From an uncultured bacterium (GTDB lineage: Bacteria; Patescibacteriota; Minisyncoccia; UBA6257; 2-01-FULL-56-20), in the NCBI GenBank assembly GCA_963807165.1, contig CAWDZM010000001.1, positions 289,521-353,520 on the forward strand: a stretch of DNA of 64,000 nucleotides, in the 5' to 3' direction. The translations under genes and the position numbers were made by a program. Shown one piece after another: positions 1 through 8,240 of the stretch. Each line of letters starts with the position of its first letter. Positions within the stretch are counted from its first letter, which is position 1. The notes under the pieces were generated by a model. That model was not told the DNA's origin. It worked only from the letters and a program-made list of their open reading frames with translations, and did not search any database.

Positions 1-473
1 TCAATGATCATGCTCGCCGACGGCGTCATGATCGGCAAGCCCGCGCCAAGCGCGGCCGCCGTCGGCGATTCCACAAGATATACTTTTGAACAGCCGGCAT
101 TCAGCGCCGCGTCCTCAACGGACTTTCGCTCCACTTCCGTAAGATTATTCGGGATCGCAAGGATCGCGCGGCGGTATGACATGATCGGGCTGGCCTTCGG
201 ACGGCTGAGCAAATGGCGCAACATCTCTTCGGTCATTTCAAAATCGGAGATCACCCCATTCACGAGCGGGCGCACCACGTTGATGTGCGGCGGCACGCGA
301 CCCAACATTTTTTTTGCTTCATCACCAACGGCCAATACGTGGTTGGTTTTGGTATTGATCGCCGCGACGGACGGCTCGTTCACAACAATTCCTTTGTTCT
401 TTAAATAGATGAGCGAGTTCGCCGTGCCAAGATCGATGCCAATATCTTTAAAAACGTTGTCGAAGAGTGCCAT
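1..473 (-). CDS. mreB: Rod shape-determining protein MreB (5' part; runs off the window)
   Basis: Manual translation from ATG 473: MALFDNVFKDIGIDLGTANSLIYLKNKGIVVNEPSV...VRPLVNGVISDFE; not in the ORF track. Confidence 0.93.
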   Translation of the reverse strand, partial: MALFDNVFKDIGIDLGTANSLIYLKNKGIVVNEPSVAAINTKTNHVLAVGDEAKKMLGRVPPHINVVRPLVNGVISDFEMTEEMLRHLLSRPKASPIMSYRRAILAIPNNLTEVERKSVEDAALNAGCSKVYLVESPTAAALGAGLPIMTPSASMII

Positions 474-495
474 AGGTATGCCGAGTGAATATTAA

Positions 496-1722
496 TTATT
501 TTTTAATAAGTTCCAATGCTTCCTTAAGATCCATCACGCGAGCCTCTTTTTCGGTGCGTTTTTTGACCTCTACCGTGCCATCGCCAAGCTTGGCACTGAC
601 GACAATCCTCCACGGAATGCCGATCAAATCGGCCTCCGCAAACTTCTCTCCCGCGGATATTTCCCTATCGTCATAGAGTACTTTGATGCCTGCCTTTTGT
701 AAAGAATCGTAGATTTTTTCGCCGTCGGCGCCGCCGAGGGCAAGCACATGCACCGCAAACGGTGCGACCGATTCGGGCCAGATGATGCCGTGCTCGTCAT
801 TATATTTTTCCACAATCACGCCCATGGCGCGGGAGATACCCAACCCAAAACACCCCATCGTCGCATATCGTTTTTTACCATCCTTGTCATTAAAAGTGAG
901 ATCGAACGCCTTGGTGAATTTCTGTCCCAGATCAAAAACATTTCCCACTTCCGACGCGCGCGCTTTTGCGAGCGTACCCTTATTGCAGCGCGTACACTCT
1001 TGACCCTCTTTTTCTTTTGCAATCTCCACATTCACGCAAAAATCGCAGACATCGCAGTATAAAATATCATCCTCGCCCGCGTCGGTAAGCACCATAAATT
1101 CGTACGAAATTTTTTCTGTGAATGCACCGCCGGATGCTTCGGTCACTTTTGCCGTAAGACCCATTCGCTTGAATATCTTCAGGTACGCTTTCTTCATCTC
1201 CGCGTAGAACCGCTCAAAATCTTCCTGCGTCTCATGGAAGCTGTACATATCCTTCATCAAAAACTCCACGCCGCGCATGAGGCCGGACTTCGAGCGCAAT
1301 TCATCGCGAAACTTCCAATTGATCTGGTACACCGCCTTCGGCAGATCTTTGTAATTATTGATATAGCGCATGACGAGCGGCGTCACCACTTCTTCCTCGC
1401 TCTGGCCAAGGGCATATTCTTTTTCCGTCCGGCTCTTGATCTTAAAAAGCACATCGATCTTGTCCCAACCGCCGGTCGTCGCCCAAATGCTCTTTGGGTG
1501 GATCATCGGCATGGAAATTTCCTGGCCACCGGCGGCATCCATTTCCTCGCGGACGATGTTTTCTATATTATTCAATACGCGCAGACCAAGCGGCAGATAG
1601 CTGTATACCCCCGCCATCAATTTGGAAACAAATCCCGCACGCGCCAAGAGCTGGGCATTTACCGTCGCCTCATCCTTTGGGGCGTTCCGCTCGGTCTTCG
1701 TGAACAATTGAGATTGGCGCAT
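496..1722 (-). CDS. proS: Proline--tRNA ligase, short form without INS editing domain
   Basis: MRQSQLF start, FRDELR motif 2, EVGNVFDLG, MGCFGLGISR, anticodon-binding domain GEKFAEADLIGIP. Confidence 0.95.
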   Translation of the reverse strand: MRQSQLFTKTERNAPKDEATVNAQLLARAGFVSKLMAGVYSYLPLGLRVLNNIENIVREEMDAAGGQEISMPMIHPKSIWATTGGWDKIDVLFKIKSRTEKEYALGQSEEEVVTPLVMRYINNYKDLPKAVYQINWKFRDELRSKSGLMRGVEFLMKDMYSFHETQEDFERFYAEMKKAYLKIFKRMGLTAKVTEASGGAFTEKISYEFMVLTDAGEDDILYCDVCDFCVNVEIAKEKEGQECTRCNKGTLAKARASEVGNVFDLGQKFTKAFDLTFNDKDGKKRYATMGCFGLGISRAMGVIVEKYNDEHGIIWPESVAPFAVHVLALGGADGEKIYDSLQKAGIKVLYDDREISAGEKFAEADLIGIPWRIVVSAKLGDGTVEVKKRTEKEARVMDLKEALELIKK

Positions 1723-1800
1723 ATAGGCACATTTTAGCACCGACGCGCATGCTAATCAATCGCCAAAAATAACGACTTTGCATGCGCGCCGGGACATCGC

Positions 1801-2019
1801 CTAATCCATTCCCCTAAGAGAAGAGATTGCCTCGCACAACTCCTCTATTCCCTCGAGAAACAAGAGTATGCGCTCGTCCACCTCGTCGAACCGCCCGTCG
1901 ACATATTCCATGAGCGTGTCCAATACCGGACCCATTTCCTCGTGGACAATGCCACGGAATTGCTGTATTAATTCGTCCTTTTCTGATTGTTCCATGCAAC
2001 AATCATACTCATCGCACAT
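1801..2019 (-). CDS. Small coiled-coil hypothetical protein
   Basis: 72 aa ORF with YVDGRFDEVDER heptad pattern, downstream of the Zn-ribbon ORF. Confidence 0.5.
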   Translation of the reverse strand: MCDEYDCCMEQSEKDELIQQFRGIVHEEMGPVLDTLMEYVDGRFDEVDERILLFLEGIEELCEAISSLRGMD

Positions 2020-2034
2020 TAAAACTTTCTAAAC

Positions 2035-2199
2035 TCATTTTTGCGCGCTCGCAAGCTGAAAATTTGCCAAAAACACCAGCACCGGCTCGCCACATTCATT
2101 GCAAAATGAATACTGACTGAATATTCCCCGATCGCTCACCCGCACGCACTTCGTCCGCTCCAACTCCTTTCCGCACAGATCACATGTTTCTATGTGCAT
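2035..2199 (-). CDS. Small zinc-ribbon protein (54 aa)
   Basis: Manual: MHIETCDLCGKEL...YSFCNECGEPVLVFLANFQLASAQK; two CxxC pairs; upstream TTGACT-16-TATAAT. Confidence 0.65.
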   Translation of the reverse strand: MHIETCDLCGKELERTKCVRVSDRGIFSQYSFCNECGEPVLVFLANFQLASAQK

Positions 2200-2240
2200 A
2201 TTTTTTATTAAAATTAATTAAAATGACCTTTGTTGGATAA

Positions 2241-2292
2241 ATTATAGGCGCACAAAAAAGTAAGTCAAAAAACTTTTAATGAAAATTTAATG
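2241..2292 (-). promoter_or_regulatory. Sigma70 promoter with upstream CATTAAA motif
   Basis: Minus strand CATTAAA-N17-TTGACT-N16-TATAAT; same layout at 51622-51673 and 60419-60470. Confidence 0.65.
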
Positions 2293-2324
2293 CTTTTTTC
2301 TATTGCCGCCCGCGATACCAAAGA

Positions 2325-2951
2325 CTATTTTTTATTACTCCGCTTTTTCTTTCTGGCCAGCTTCGGATCACGCGAGACGAACCACTTGTCGTTCACATCA
2401 AACCACCATGCGTCGGAGTGAGTGGAAAGAAGGTATTTTCCAACCGCCTTGCCCTGCTTTGTCTTCAAGCGCGGAAGCGCGCTCTTGAGCCACGCACGCG
2501 CCTTTGTGTTTCCCCTCAACTCCTGTTCGCGCAACGTTGCGATCCATTCAAGCGAATCGGCATCTTTCACCAACTTAGCCTCCAACGTTTGCTTCGCCTG
2601 TTCTTCGGTATAAAATTCCCCCATCTCTTTTCCGAACGGAACTTCCATCGCAAGATCTTTAAACGCCTGCGATTCCGCAAGACGACCGTACCGCTGGTGA
2701 ACATAATTAAGATCGGATGTCCGCCCTTCTGCAAAATCGTGGAACATGCTCATATAAACAACTCTGGCCCGATCGGCCCCTGGCGTCAAATAACAGAGCG
2801 CATACGCAATGTAGGTGGTGCGAAGAAGATGCTCCGCCACCGACTGCTCGCCGGTTCCCAAGAACCAAAGCCCCGAGCGCGGCGTCTTGCTCAAAATGCC
2901 AGCCTCATAAATGAAGTGGGCAATAGACTGGAGCTGATCCTCTTTTTTCAT
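2325..2951 (-). CDS. HD-domain phosphohydrolase (YfbR/5'-deoxynucleotidase-like)
   Basis: RSG..QSVAEH, HDFAE, VKDADSLE motifs. Confidence 0.85.
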   Translation of the reverse strand: MKKEDQLQSIAHFIYEAGILSKTPRSGLWFLGTGEQSVAEHLLRTTYIAYALCYLTPGADRARVVYMSMFHDFAEGRTSDLNYVHQRYGRLAESQAFKDLAMEVPFGKEMGEFYTEEQAKQTLEAKLVKDADSLEWIATLREQELRGNTKARAWLKSALPRLKTKQGKAVGKYLLSTHSDAWWFDVNDKWFVSRDPKLARKKKRSNKK

Positions 2952-2982
2952 GGATTAATAATAACACACCCGACCAGCTGGC

Positions 2983-4132
2983 CTATAAGATCACGCCGCC
3001 GCCGAACATTTCACCATCCGCACCATAAAATACTGCCGACTGACCCTCAGCCACAAATTTTTGTGGGGTAGCGAACACGAGTTTGTAATTCCCATTCCTT
3101 GATTTTGAAAGCGATGCCTCTGAAAGTGGCTGGCGATAGCGCACGCGAGCGCGCACGGAAAACCACCCACTATCTACCGATATACTATTTGTCGGAGTTC
3201 CATCGGAAATAAAATTTATCTGTGTCAGCTCAACTTCCGTGCGATAGAGTGCCGGATCATCACTCCCTTCCGCAAGTACCACGGTGTTCGTCATCGCATC
3301 CTTCGATGCCACATACAATGGTTTGCGCGCCGCGCCGGCGACGCCGGTCTTCGGAAACGCAAAATCGGCATCAATGTGCCGCTGGCCGATGGTATAGAAT
3401 TCAGTTCCCGAATGCTCACCGATTTTCTCACCCGCGGTCGTCATCAACGCGCCGCGATGTTCCGGAATATATTCTTTAAGAAAATCATCAAGCGAAAATT
3501 TTCCGAGAAAACAGATGCCCTGCGAATCTTTTTTCTCCGCTGTTGGCAATCCGGCGCGGCGCGCGATCGCGCGCACCTCCGGCTTTACCATTCCGCCAAT
3601 CGGGAACAAACAACGCGCGAGCTGCTTTTGACCGAGCGTCCATAAAAAGTATGACTGATCTTTGTTAGTATCAACGGCCTCGTACAATTTATAAATCACA
3701 TTTTGTGATTTATGCGGAGCCTGCAGTTTGGCTTCCGAAGCTTCCGCCGTTAGCCTCACGTAGTGCCCCGTCGCCACATAGTCCGCACCGCTCGCGAGCG
3801 CCTTCTCCAAGAACAACCCAAACTTGATCTCGCGATTGCACATCACGTCCGGATTCGGCGTGATCCCGGCGCGATAGCCCTCTATCATATATTGCACCAC
3901 ACGATCTTTATATTCCTGCCTCGAAATCCCACACATAGAACGGGATGCCGATATGTTCCGCCACGCGACGCGCGTCTTCTGCGTCGGTCTCGGCGCAGCC
4001 GTCGATGTTGTAACACTTCATGAAAACACCCACGACCTCGTAGCCTTGTTCGTTTAATAAATACGCCGCGACGGAGCTGTCCACCCCGCCCGACATGCCG
4101 ACGAAGACGGCCTTTTTTGAGATACTTGACAT
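2983..4132 (-). CDS. mnmA: tRNA-specific 2-thiouridylase MnmA, split by an apparent 1-nt insertion near 3915
   Basis: N part has MSGGVDSSV...YVWDFEA; C part in another frame has [39 protein letters not shown]. Confidence 0.92.
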
Positions 4133-4153
4133 TTCTATAATATAAAGTATAAT
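4126..4153 (+). promoter_or_regulatory. Consensus sigma70 promoter for the small ORF at 4181
   Basis: TTGACA-N16-TATAAT overlapping the mnmA start codon. Confidence 0.7.
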
Positions 4154-4180
4154 ACTCTCAGAACCACTTGGAGGACTTCT

Positions 4181-4327
4181 ATGATTACCACCATGAAATG
4201 GATGGCCGGCGCTTGCGCAGGCTGTGCTGTCTACTTTGCATTCAACCATCTAGCGATACCGACTGCTCTTTGTACCGCTAGCGCAGTAGTAAACGCCCTT
4301 AGCAGCATCAACTTTAGCAATAAATAA
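4181..4327 (+). CDS. Small hydrophobic protein (48 aa)
   Basis: [55 protein letters not shown], promoter upstream and terminator downstream. Confidence 0.55.
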   Translation: MITTMKWMAGACAGCAVYFAFNHLAIPTALCTASAVVNALSSINFSNK

Positions 4328-4348
4328 TAATACCTATTTATTGCCCCC

Positions 4349-4388
4349 CGGCGCAGCACACTCGTGTTGCGCCGCTTTCTTTATTTTA
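4349..4388 (+). terminator. Intrinsic terminator
   Basis: cggcgcagcac-actc-gtgttgcgccg followed by a T-rich tract. Confidence 0.65.
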
Positions 4389-4399
4389 TACCTTTATAT

Positions 4400-4597
4400 G
4401 AGCGGGCGTAACTCGCGTCCTGCGCTGTTTCGAAAACCTTGTTGCCGCAAGGAAATTGCAGCGTTCGAAGCGAGTAGAAATTTTTCCGGGCACCCGCGAG
4501 TCCGCGAGCTGGGTGGAAAAATTTCGTTATGAGCGAGAACGATGCCCGAGCGGCAACCGGTTTGAGGGACAGCGCAGGATGCGAGCTACACCCGTTC
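4400..4597. repeat. Nested palindromic element at the efp 3' end
   Basis: Outer arm gagcgggcgtaactcgcgtcctgcgctgt pairs with acagcgcaggatgcgagctacacccgttc (includes the efp stop); inner gttgccgc/gcggcaac and gaaatttttcc/ggaaaaatttc. Confidence 0.8.
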
Positions 4598-5149
4598 CAC
4601 GTAATCCCCCGTCTGCGTGTTCACGCGGATCATGTCGCCTTCGTTCACGAAGAGCGGCGCAGAGATCTTTGCGCCTCCCTCGATCGTCACCACCTTGCTA
4701 CCACCCTGCGCGGTATTACCTTTGAGCGCCGGCGGGGCTTCCACTACTTTGAACTCCATCTTGACTGGGATTTCGATCGTGATCACTTTGTCCTCGAAGA
4801 TCATCGTCTGCACGCGGGTGTTCGGCTTCAAAAACCTCGCCTGCTCACCGGCAACTTCAGCATCGAGCGCAAAACGATCCTTTGGATTATTTTCCGTATG
4901 GAACCAATATTGCCCCTTCGCTTCATAAATAAAAATCGCGTGCTTGCGCTCGATCTCCGCCTCTTCGAACGAATCGCTCGCCTGGAAGTTGCGATCCAAA
5001 AGCTTGCCCGTGATGAGATTGCGGATGCGCGTCTGCACGACTGCCTTGCGTTGCTGCATGCGCAAAAAATGCGTCTCGAGCACCTCGTACGGCGCGCCAT
5101 CCATGATGAATAGAACTCCCTTGGTTAAGTCGGTATATGCAAGTGCCAT
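4586..5149 (-). CDS. efp: Elongation factor P
   Basis: DGAPYEV, PPALKGNTAQG, APLFVNEGDMIRVNTQTGDYVER. Confidence 0.93.
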   Translation of the reverse strand: MALAYTDLTKGVLFIMDGAPYEVLETHFLRMQQRKAVVQTRIRNLITGKLLDRNFQASDSFEEAEIERKHAIFIYEAKGQYWFHTENNPKDRFALDAEVAGEQARFLKPNTRVQTMIFEDKVITIEIPVKMEFKVVEAPPALKGNTAQGGSKVVTIEGGAKISAPLFVNEGDMIRVNTQTGDYVERV

Positions 5150-5213
5150 GTCGGTAATATGATATAACAAAAAACCGCCCTTTTGCAAGAGCGGTTTTTT
5201 TATGAAAATTTCG

Positions 5214-5534
5214 TTACTCTTTTCCGCCTTCTGCCGGCGGCTGTTCCGCTCGCCCAGAGCTCGTAGAGCGGGTGCCGCCTTCCGGCTCTTCGATCTTGAG
5301 ATTGACGCGGGCGTTGTTCTTGACGCCGACGATCCTTAAAAGCGAGCGAATGGCCTTGGCAGTCGCACCCTGGCGGCCGACAACCTGGCCCATGTCCTGC
5401 GCATTCACATGAAGCGAAAGCAATACGCCCATCTCGTCAACCTTGCGGTCAACCTTCACATCATCCGGATGGTCCACAAGGGACTTCACCAAGTACTCGA
5501 GGAATTCCTGATCTGCTGAAGATGTATTCGTCAT
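5214..5534 (-). CDS. khpA: KH-domain RNA-binding protein (KhpA/YlqC)
   Basis: LVKSLVDHPDDV, DMGQVVGRQGATAKAIRSLL; next to rpsP. Confidence 0.88.
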   Translation of the reverse strand: MTNTSSADQEFLEYLVKSLVDHPDDVKVDRKVDEMGVLLSLHVNAQDMGQVVGRQGATAKAIRSLLRIVGVKNNARVNLKIEEPEGGTRSTSSGRAEQPPAEGGKE

Positions 5535-5587
5535 TGATATTCGGTATGTACTTTTTGTTCGATGATTCGAACCGTCGACCTTTTTTA

Positions 5588-5959
5588 CTACGCGGCTGCT
5601 TCTGCTTCTGCGGCTACTTCGGCAACGGGAGTTTCTGCGACGGCCTCTTCCGCTGGCGCGGCAGCTTTCTTTTCTTCAACAACCTTGGCAACTGCCTTTG
5701 GCATCTTTATTGCGATCGCTTTTCCGGTGAGCGTCCCCTGCTTTACCAAAAGATTATGCGCGGTGACGGTCGGCTGGGCGCCCATCTTTACCCAGTGCAA
5801 AACGCGCTCCTTTTTGACAGTCGTCGCCTTCGTGCGCGGATCGTATGCACCAAGATCCTCCACCGGCGGAGCCGCCATCTTTGAGCGTTTTTCTGCCACA
5901 ACCACCCGATAGCTCGGCTGGTGCTTCTTTCCAATGCGTTGTAATTTAATAGCCAACAT
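5588..5959 (-). CDS. rpsP: 30S ribosomal protein S16
   Basis: MLAIKLQRIGKKHQPSYRVVVAE...LGAYDP...WVKMGAQPT; Ala/Glu-rich tail. Confidence 0.95.
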   Translation of the reverse strand: MLAIKLQRIGKKHQPSYRVVVAEKRSKMAAPPVEDLGAYDPRTKATTVKKERVLHWVKMGAQPTVTAHNLLVKQGTLTGKAIAIKMPKAVAKVVEEKKAAAPAEEAVAETPVAEVAAEAEAAA

Positions 5960-6081
5960 GCGTTCCATTATACTAAATGACGCGTAAAGGTCAAGCTTCC
6001 CTTCCGCCGAAGTGGGTCGGCTTGATGGAATAGTAATATGTGTGATAAAAAGATATTGGAACACAAGCGACGGGAGGCAGT

Positions 6082-6291
6082 ATGCGTAAGAGATTGAAGG
6101 AGTATATTCTCCTTTCCTTCCTTAAGTGGAAGTTGGTAAGGATGGAAGATTATCTTAACCTCCAGCGGGCAAGCGCGAGCACCTACCAGCAGGGGCGCAG
6201 GCGAATCGAACCGCTCCAGGCGAGGATCGCGAAAGTAAAGCGGAAGATTGCTCAACTTGACCCTCGCGGCCCTCTAGTCCCGCTCTCCTAA
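6082..6291 (+). CDS. Orphan small basic protein
   Basis: GGGAGG SD, 69 aa, followed by a hairpin terminator at 6298-6338. Confidence 0.5.
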   Translation: MRKRLKEYILLSFLKWKLVRMEDYLNLQRASASTYQQGRRRIEPLQARIAKVKRKIAQLDPRGPLVPLS

Positions 6292-6297
6292 CAAACC

Positions 6298-6338
6298 AAA
6301 ATGGCGGCTCGCATTTCAGCGGGTCGCCATTTTTTATT
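6298..6338. terminator. Bidirectional intrinsic terminator
   Basis: aaaatggcggctcgc...gcgggtcgccatttttt between convergent genes. Confidence 0.65.
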
Positions 6339-6356
6339 TTACGATCGGCGCAGAAC

Positions 6357-7040
6357 TTAGTGCGCTTCCGTGCGATCCTTGAACTTGTTCAAGAGATGCG
6401 CAGCGTAGTCCTTGCCGCCAAGGCCGAAGGCCAAGCCGCCGGCGAGCGCCATCATCGCGATGAATCCCGTCACGATCGTCTGGATGATCGTCGACGCGAT
6501 GTTCAACTGCGTAAGCGCCGTCAGCAATCCAAACACGGCGATCGCCCAATACGTCACCGTACCCAGGAACGGTCCCGAGTGAAGCTTTGCGCTCATCACC
6601 GACGCCGTCACGATCCTGCGCGCGAAGTGCGCGAGTACGAACGCCGCGAGCATGATGAGCACCGCCGCGATCACGTTCGGCAAGTAGTTCAACACCGCCG
6701 TCAGAAACTCTGACAACGCGTAGAGCTGAAGACTGTCAGCCACCGCGAGCAAGAACGCGATGATGATGAACCAGTACACGAGCTTGCCAAAAAAGTATGC
6801 CGCACGCAATTTGAGCCCGGCGCGTTCAAAGATCGGCTTCAACCCGATCTTCTCAAGGAACACATCAAGGCGGATCCCCTCGAGGATCTTCTCCACGAGT
6901 GCGCCCAATCCCGCCGCAACGATCAAACCGATGACCAGCACGACGAGCGCGCCGATCAGGTTCGGCACATAATTGACAACTCCCCACCAAAGGTTCTGAA
7001 GCGAACCTACCACCACATCTGTCCAACTTTGTACAACCAT
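6357..7040 (-). CDS. Membrane protein with repeated conserved TM-helix (CmpX/MscS N-terminal-like)
   Basis: Two YxPN(L/V)I(G/A)A repeats, C-terminal GLAFGLGG. Confidence 0.8.
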   Translation of the reverse strand: MVVQSWTDVVVGSLQNLWWGVVNYVPNLIGALVVLVIGLIVAAGLGALVEKILEGIRLDVFLEKIGLKPIFERAGLKLRAAYFFGKLVYWFIIIAFLLAVADSLQLYALSEFLTAVLNYLPNVIAAVLIMLAAFVLAHFARRIVTASVMSAKLHSGPFLGTVTYWAIAVFGLLTALTQLNIASTIIQTIVTGFIAMMALAGGLAFGLGGKDYAAHLLNKFKDRTEAH

Positions 7041-7097
7041 AGTAATGATTAAATAGTTATGAAATCCGCAAACTCGACCTTTTATTCATTACTTCTA

Positions 7098-7697
7098 TTA
7101 TAGCAAACCGAGCGGAGCCATCTCGTTCGCGAGCTGTGCATTGTTGTTGAACTGGATGCACTTGATGCCAAGCTCCCGCGCGACGCGCAAGTTCGATTCC
7201 TTGTCGTCAATAAACAACGCCTCTTCCGGCTTCACCTTCAACTTCTTCAGCGCATAGTGATACATCGCTTTGGACGGCTTCTGCATTCCCAATTTATACG
7301 AAAGGAACGTGTGATCAAAATGCGAATAGAGATCGAAGTGCTCATCCACAAGACTTCGCGTCTGGCTCACATTCGAAAGGAGCGCCACCGGATACTGTTT
7401 GCGCAATTTGTCCACCGTCCTTAAAAGATCTTTGTTCAATTTGATATTTTTTATCGCTATCGACACCCATATCTTTTTGAGATTTCCTTTGGTGTGAAAT
7501 TTTTTCTTGATCAGCGCAAAGAACTGCGCGGCGGAAACTTTACCGTAGAGCATCCGGTCGAGATATTGATTGTGGAGCTTTACGATCTTTTCCGGCGGCG
7601 CGCCGATGGCCTTGGCAAACTCTTCATAGATGCCGTCGAACGACCGCTCCGAATCAATAAGCACTCCCCCGATGTCGAATAAAATTACTTTGATCAT
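7098..7697 (-). CDS. HAD-family phosphatase
   Basis: ILFDIGGVL, LSN, KP, FIDD motifs. Confidence 0.9.
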   Translation of the reverse strand: MIKVILFDIGGVLIDSERSFDGIYEEFAKAIGAPPEKIVKLHNQYLDRMLYGKVSAAQFFALIKKKFHTKGNLKKIWVSIAIKNIKLNKDLLRTVDKLRKQYPVALLSNVSQTRSLVDEHFDLYSHFDHTFLSYKLGMQKPSKAMYHYALKKLKVKPEEALFIDDKESNLRVARELGIKCIQFNNNAQLANEMAPLGLL

Positions 7698-7791
7698 ATC
7701 TTATGTATACCATAGATACTGTCCGCCGCTTGAAATTATTACTAGGTTCTCTATAATCAGTGAGCAAAGACGGTCGCCGGTCGATCGCATT

Positions 7792-7862
7792 GGGCCCATA
7801 GTAAAGTGGTATTACGCGGCATTCGCATTGCTGAGGCGGGAGTCCGATTCTCCCTGGGTCCA
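7792..7862 (+). tRNA. tRNA-Ala(CGC)
   Basis: Acceptor GGGCCCA/TGGGTCC with G3.U70, anticodon arm CGGCA-TTCGCAT-TGCTG; T loop reads TCCGATT. Confidence 0.88.
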
Positions 7863-7881
7863 CTAACCAGTAACTATAGAA

Positions 7882-8226
7882 ATGAGTAATAATTTTGGAA
7901 AATCAATTGAGGAACTAACAGAGCGAGAATTAGTGGACAGCGTCAATGCTGCTAATCCTGCCTATGGACAGGTTGCAATGGGTGAGCTGACAAGGCGTAG
8001 TATGAATCGATTAAGAGAGTCGATTGACGGTCTTAATAAATCAACAGGTATTTATTCGAAAGTTATTATCGTATTAACAGTACTTCTCGTAATTCTTGCC
8101 GTTGAACAAGAACTAATTATTATCTTTCCTCCACACGGACTTTGGATTCTGATATATATCCTCCCTTTAATTGTGCTAGCCCTAATTGCAATATGGATGG
8201 CAAATAGGTCTCTTGATGTGAAATAA
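7882..8226 (+). CDS. Orphan membrane protein (2 C-terminal TM segments)
   Basis: 114 aa AT-rich ORF directly after the tRNA. Confidence 0.6.
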   Translation: MSNNFGKSIEELTERELVDSVNAANPAYGQVAMGELTRRSMNRLRESIDGLNKSTGIYSKVIIVLTVLLVILAVEQELIIIFPPHGLWILIYILPLIVLALIAIWMANRSLDVK

Positions 8227-8240
8227 AAGCCTGATTAGAT

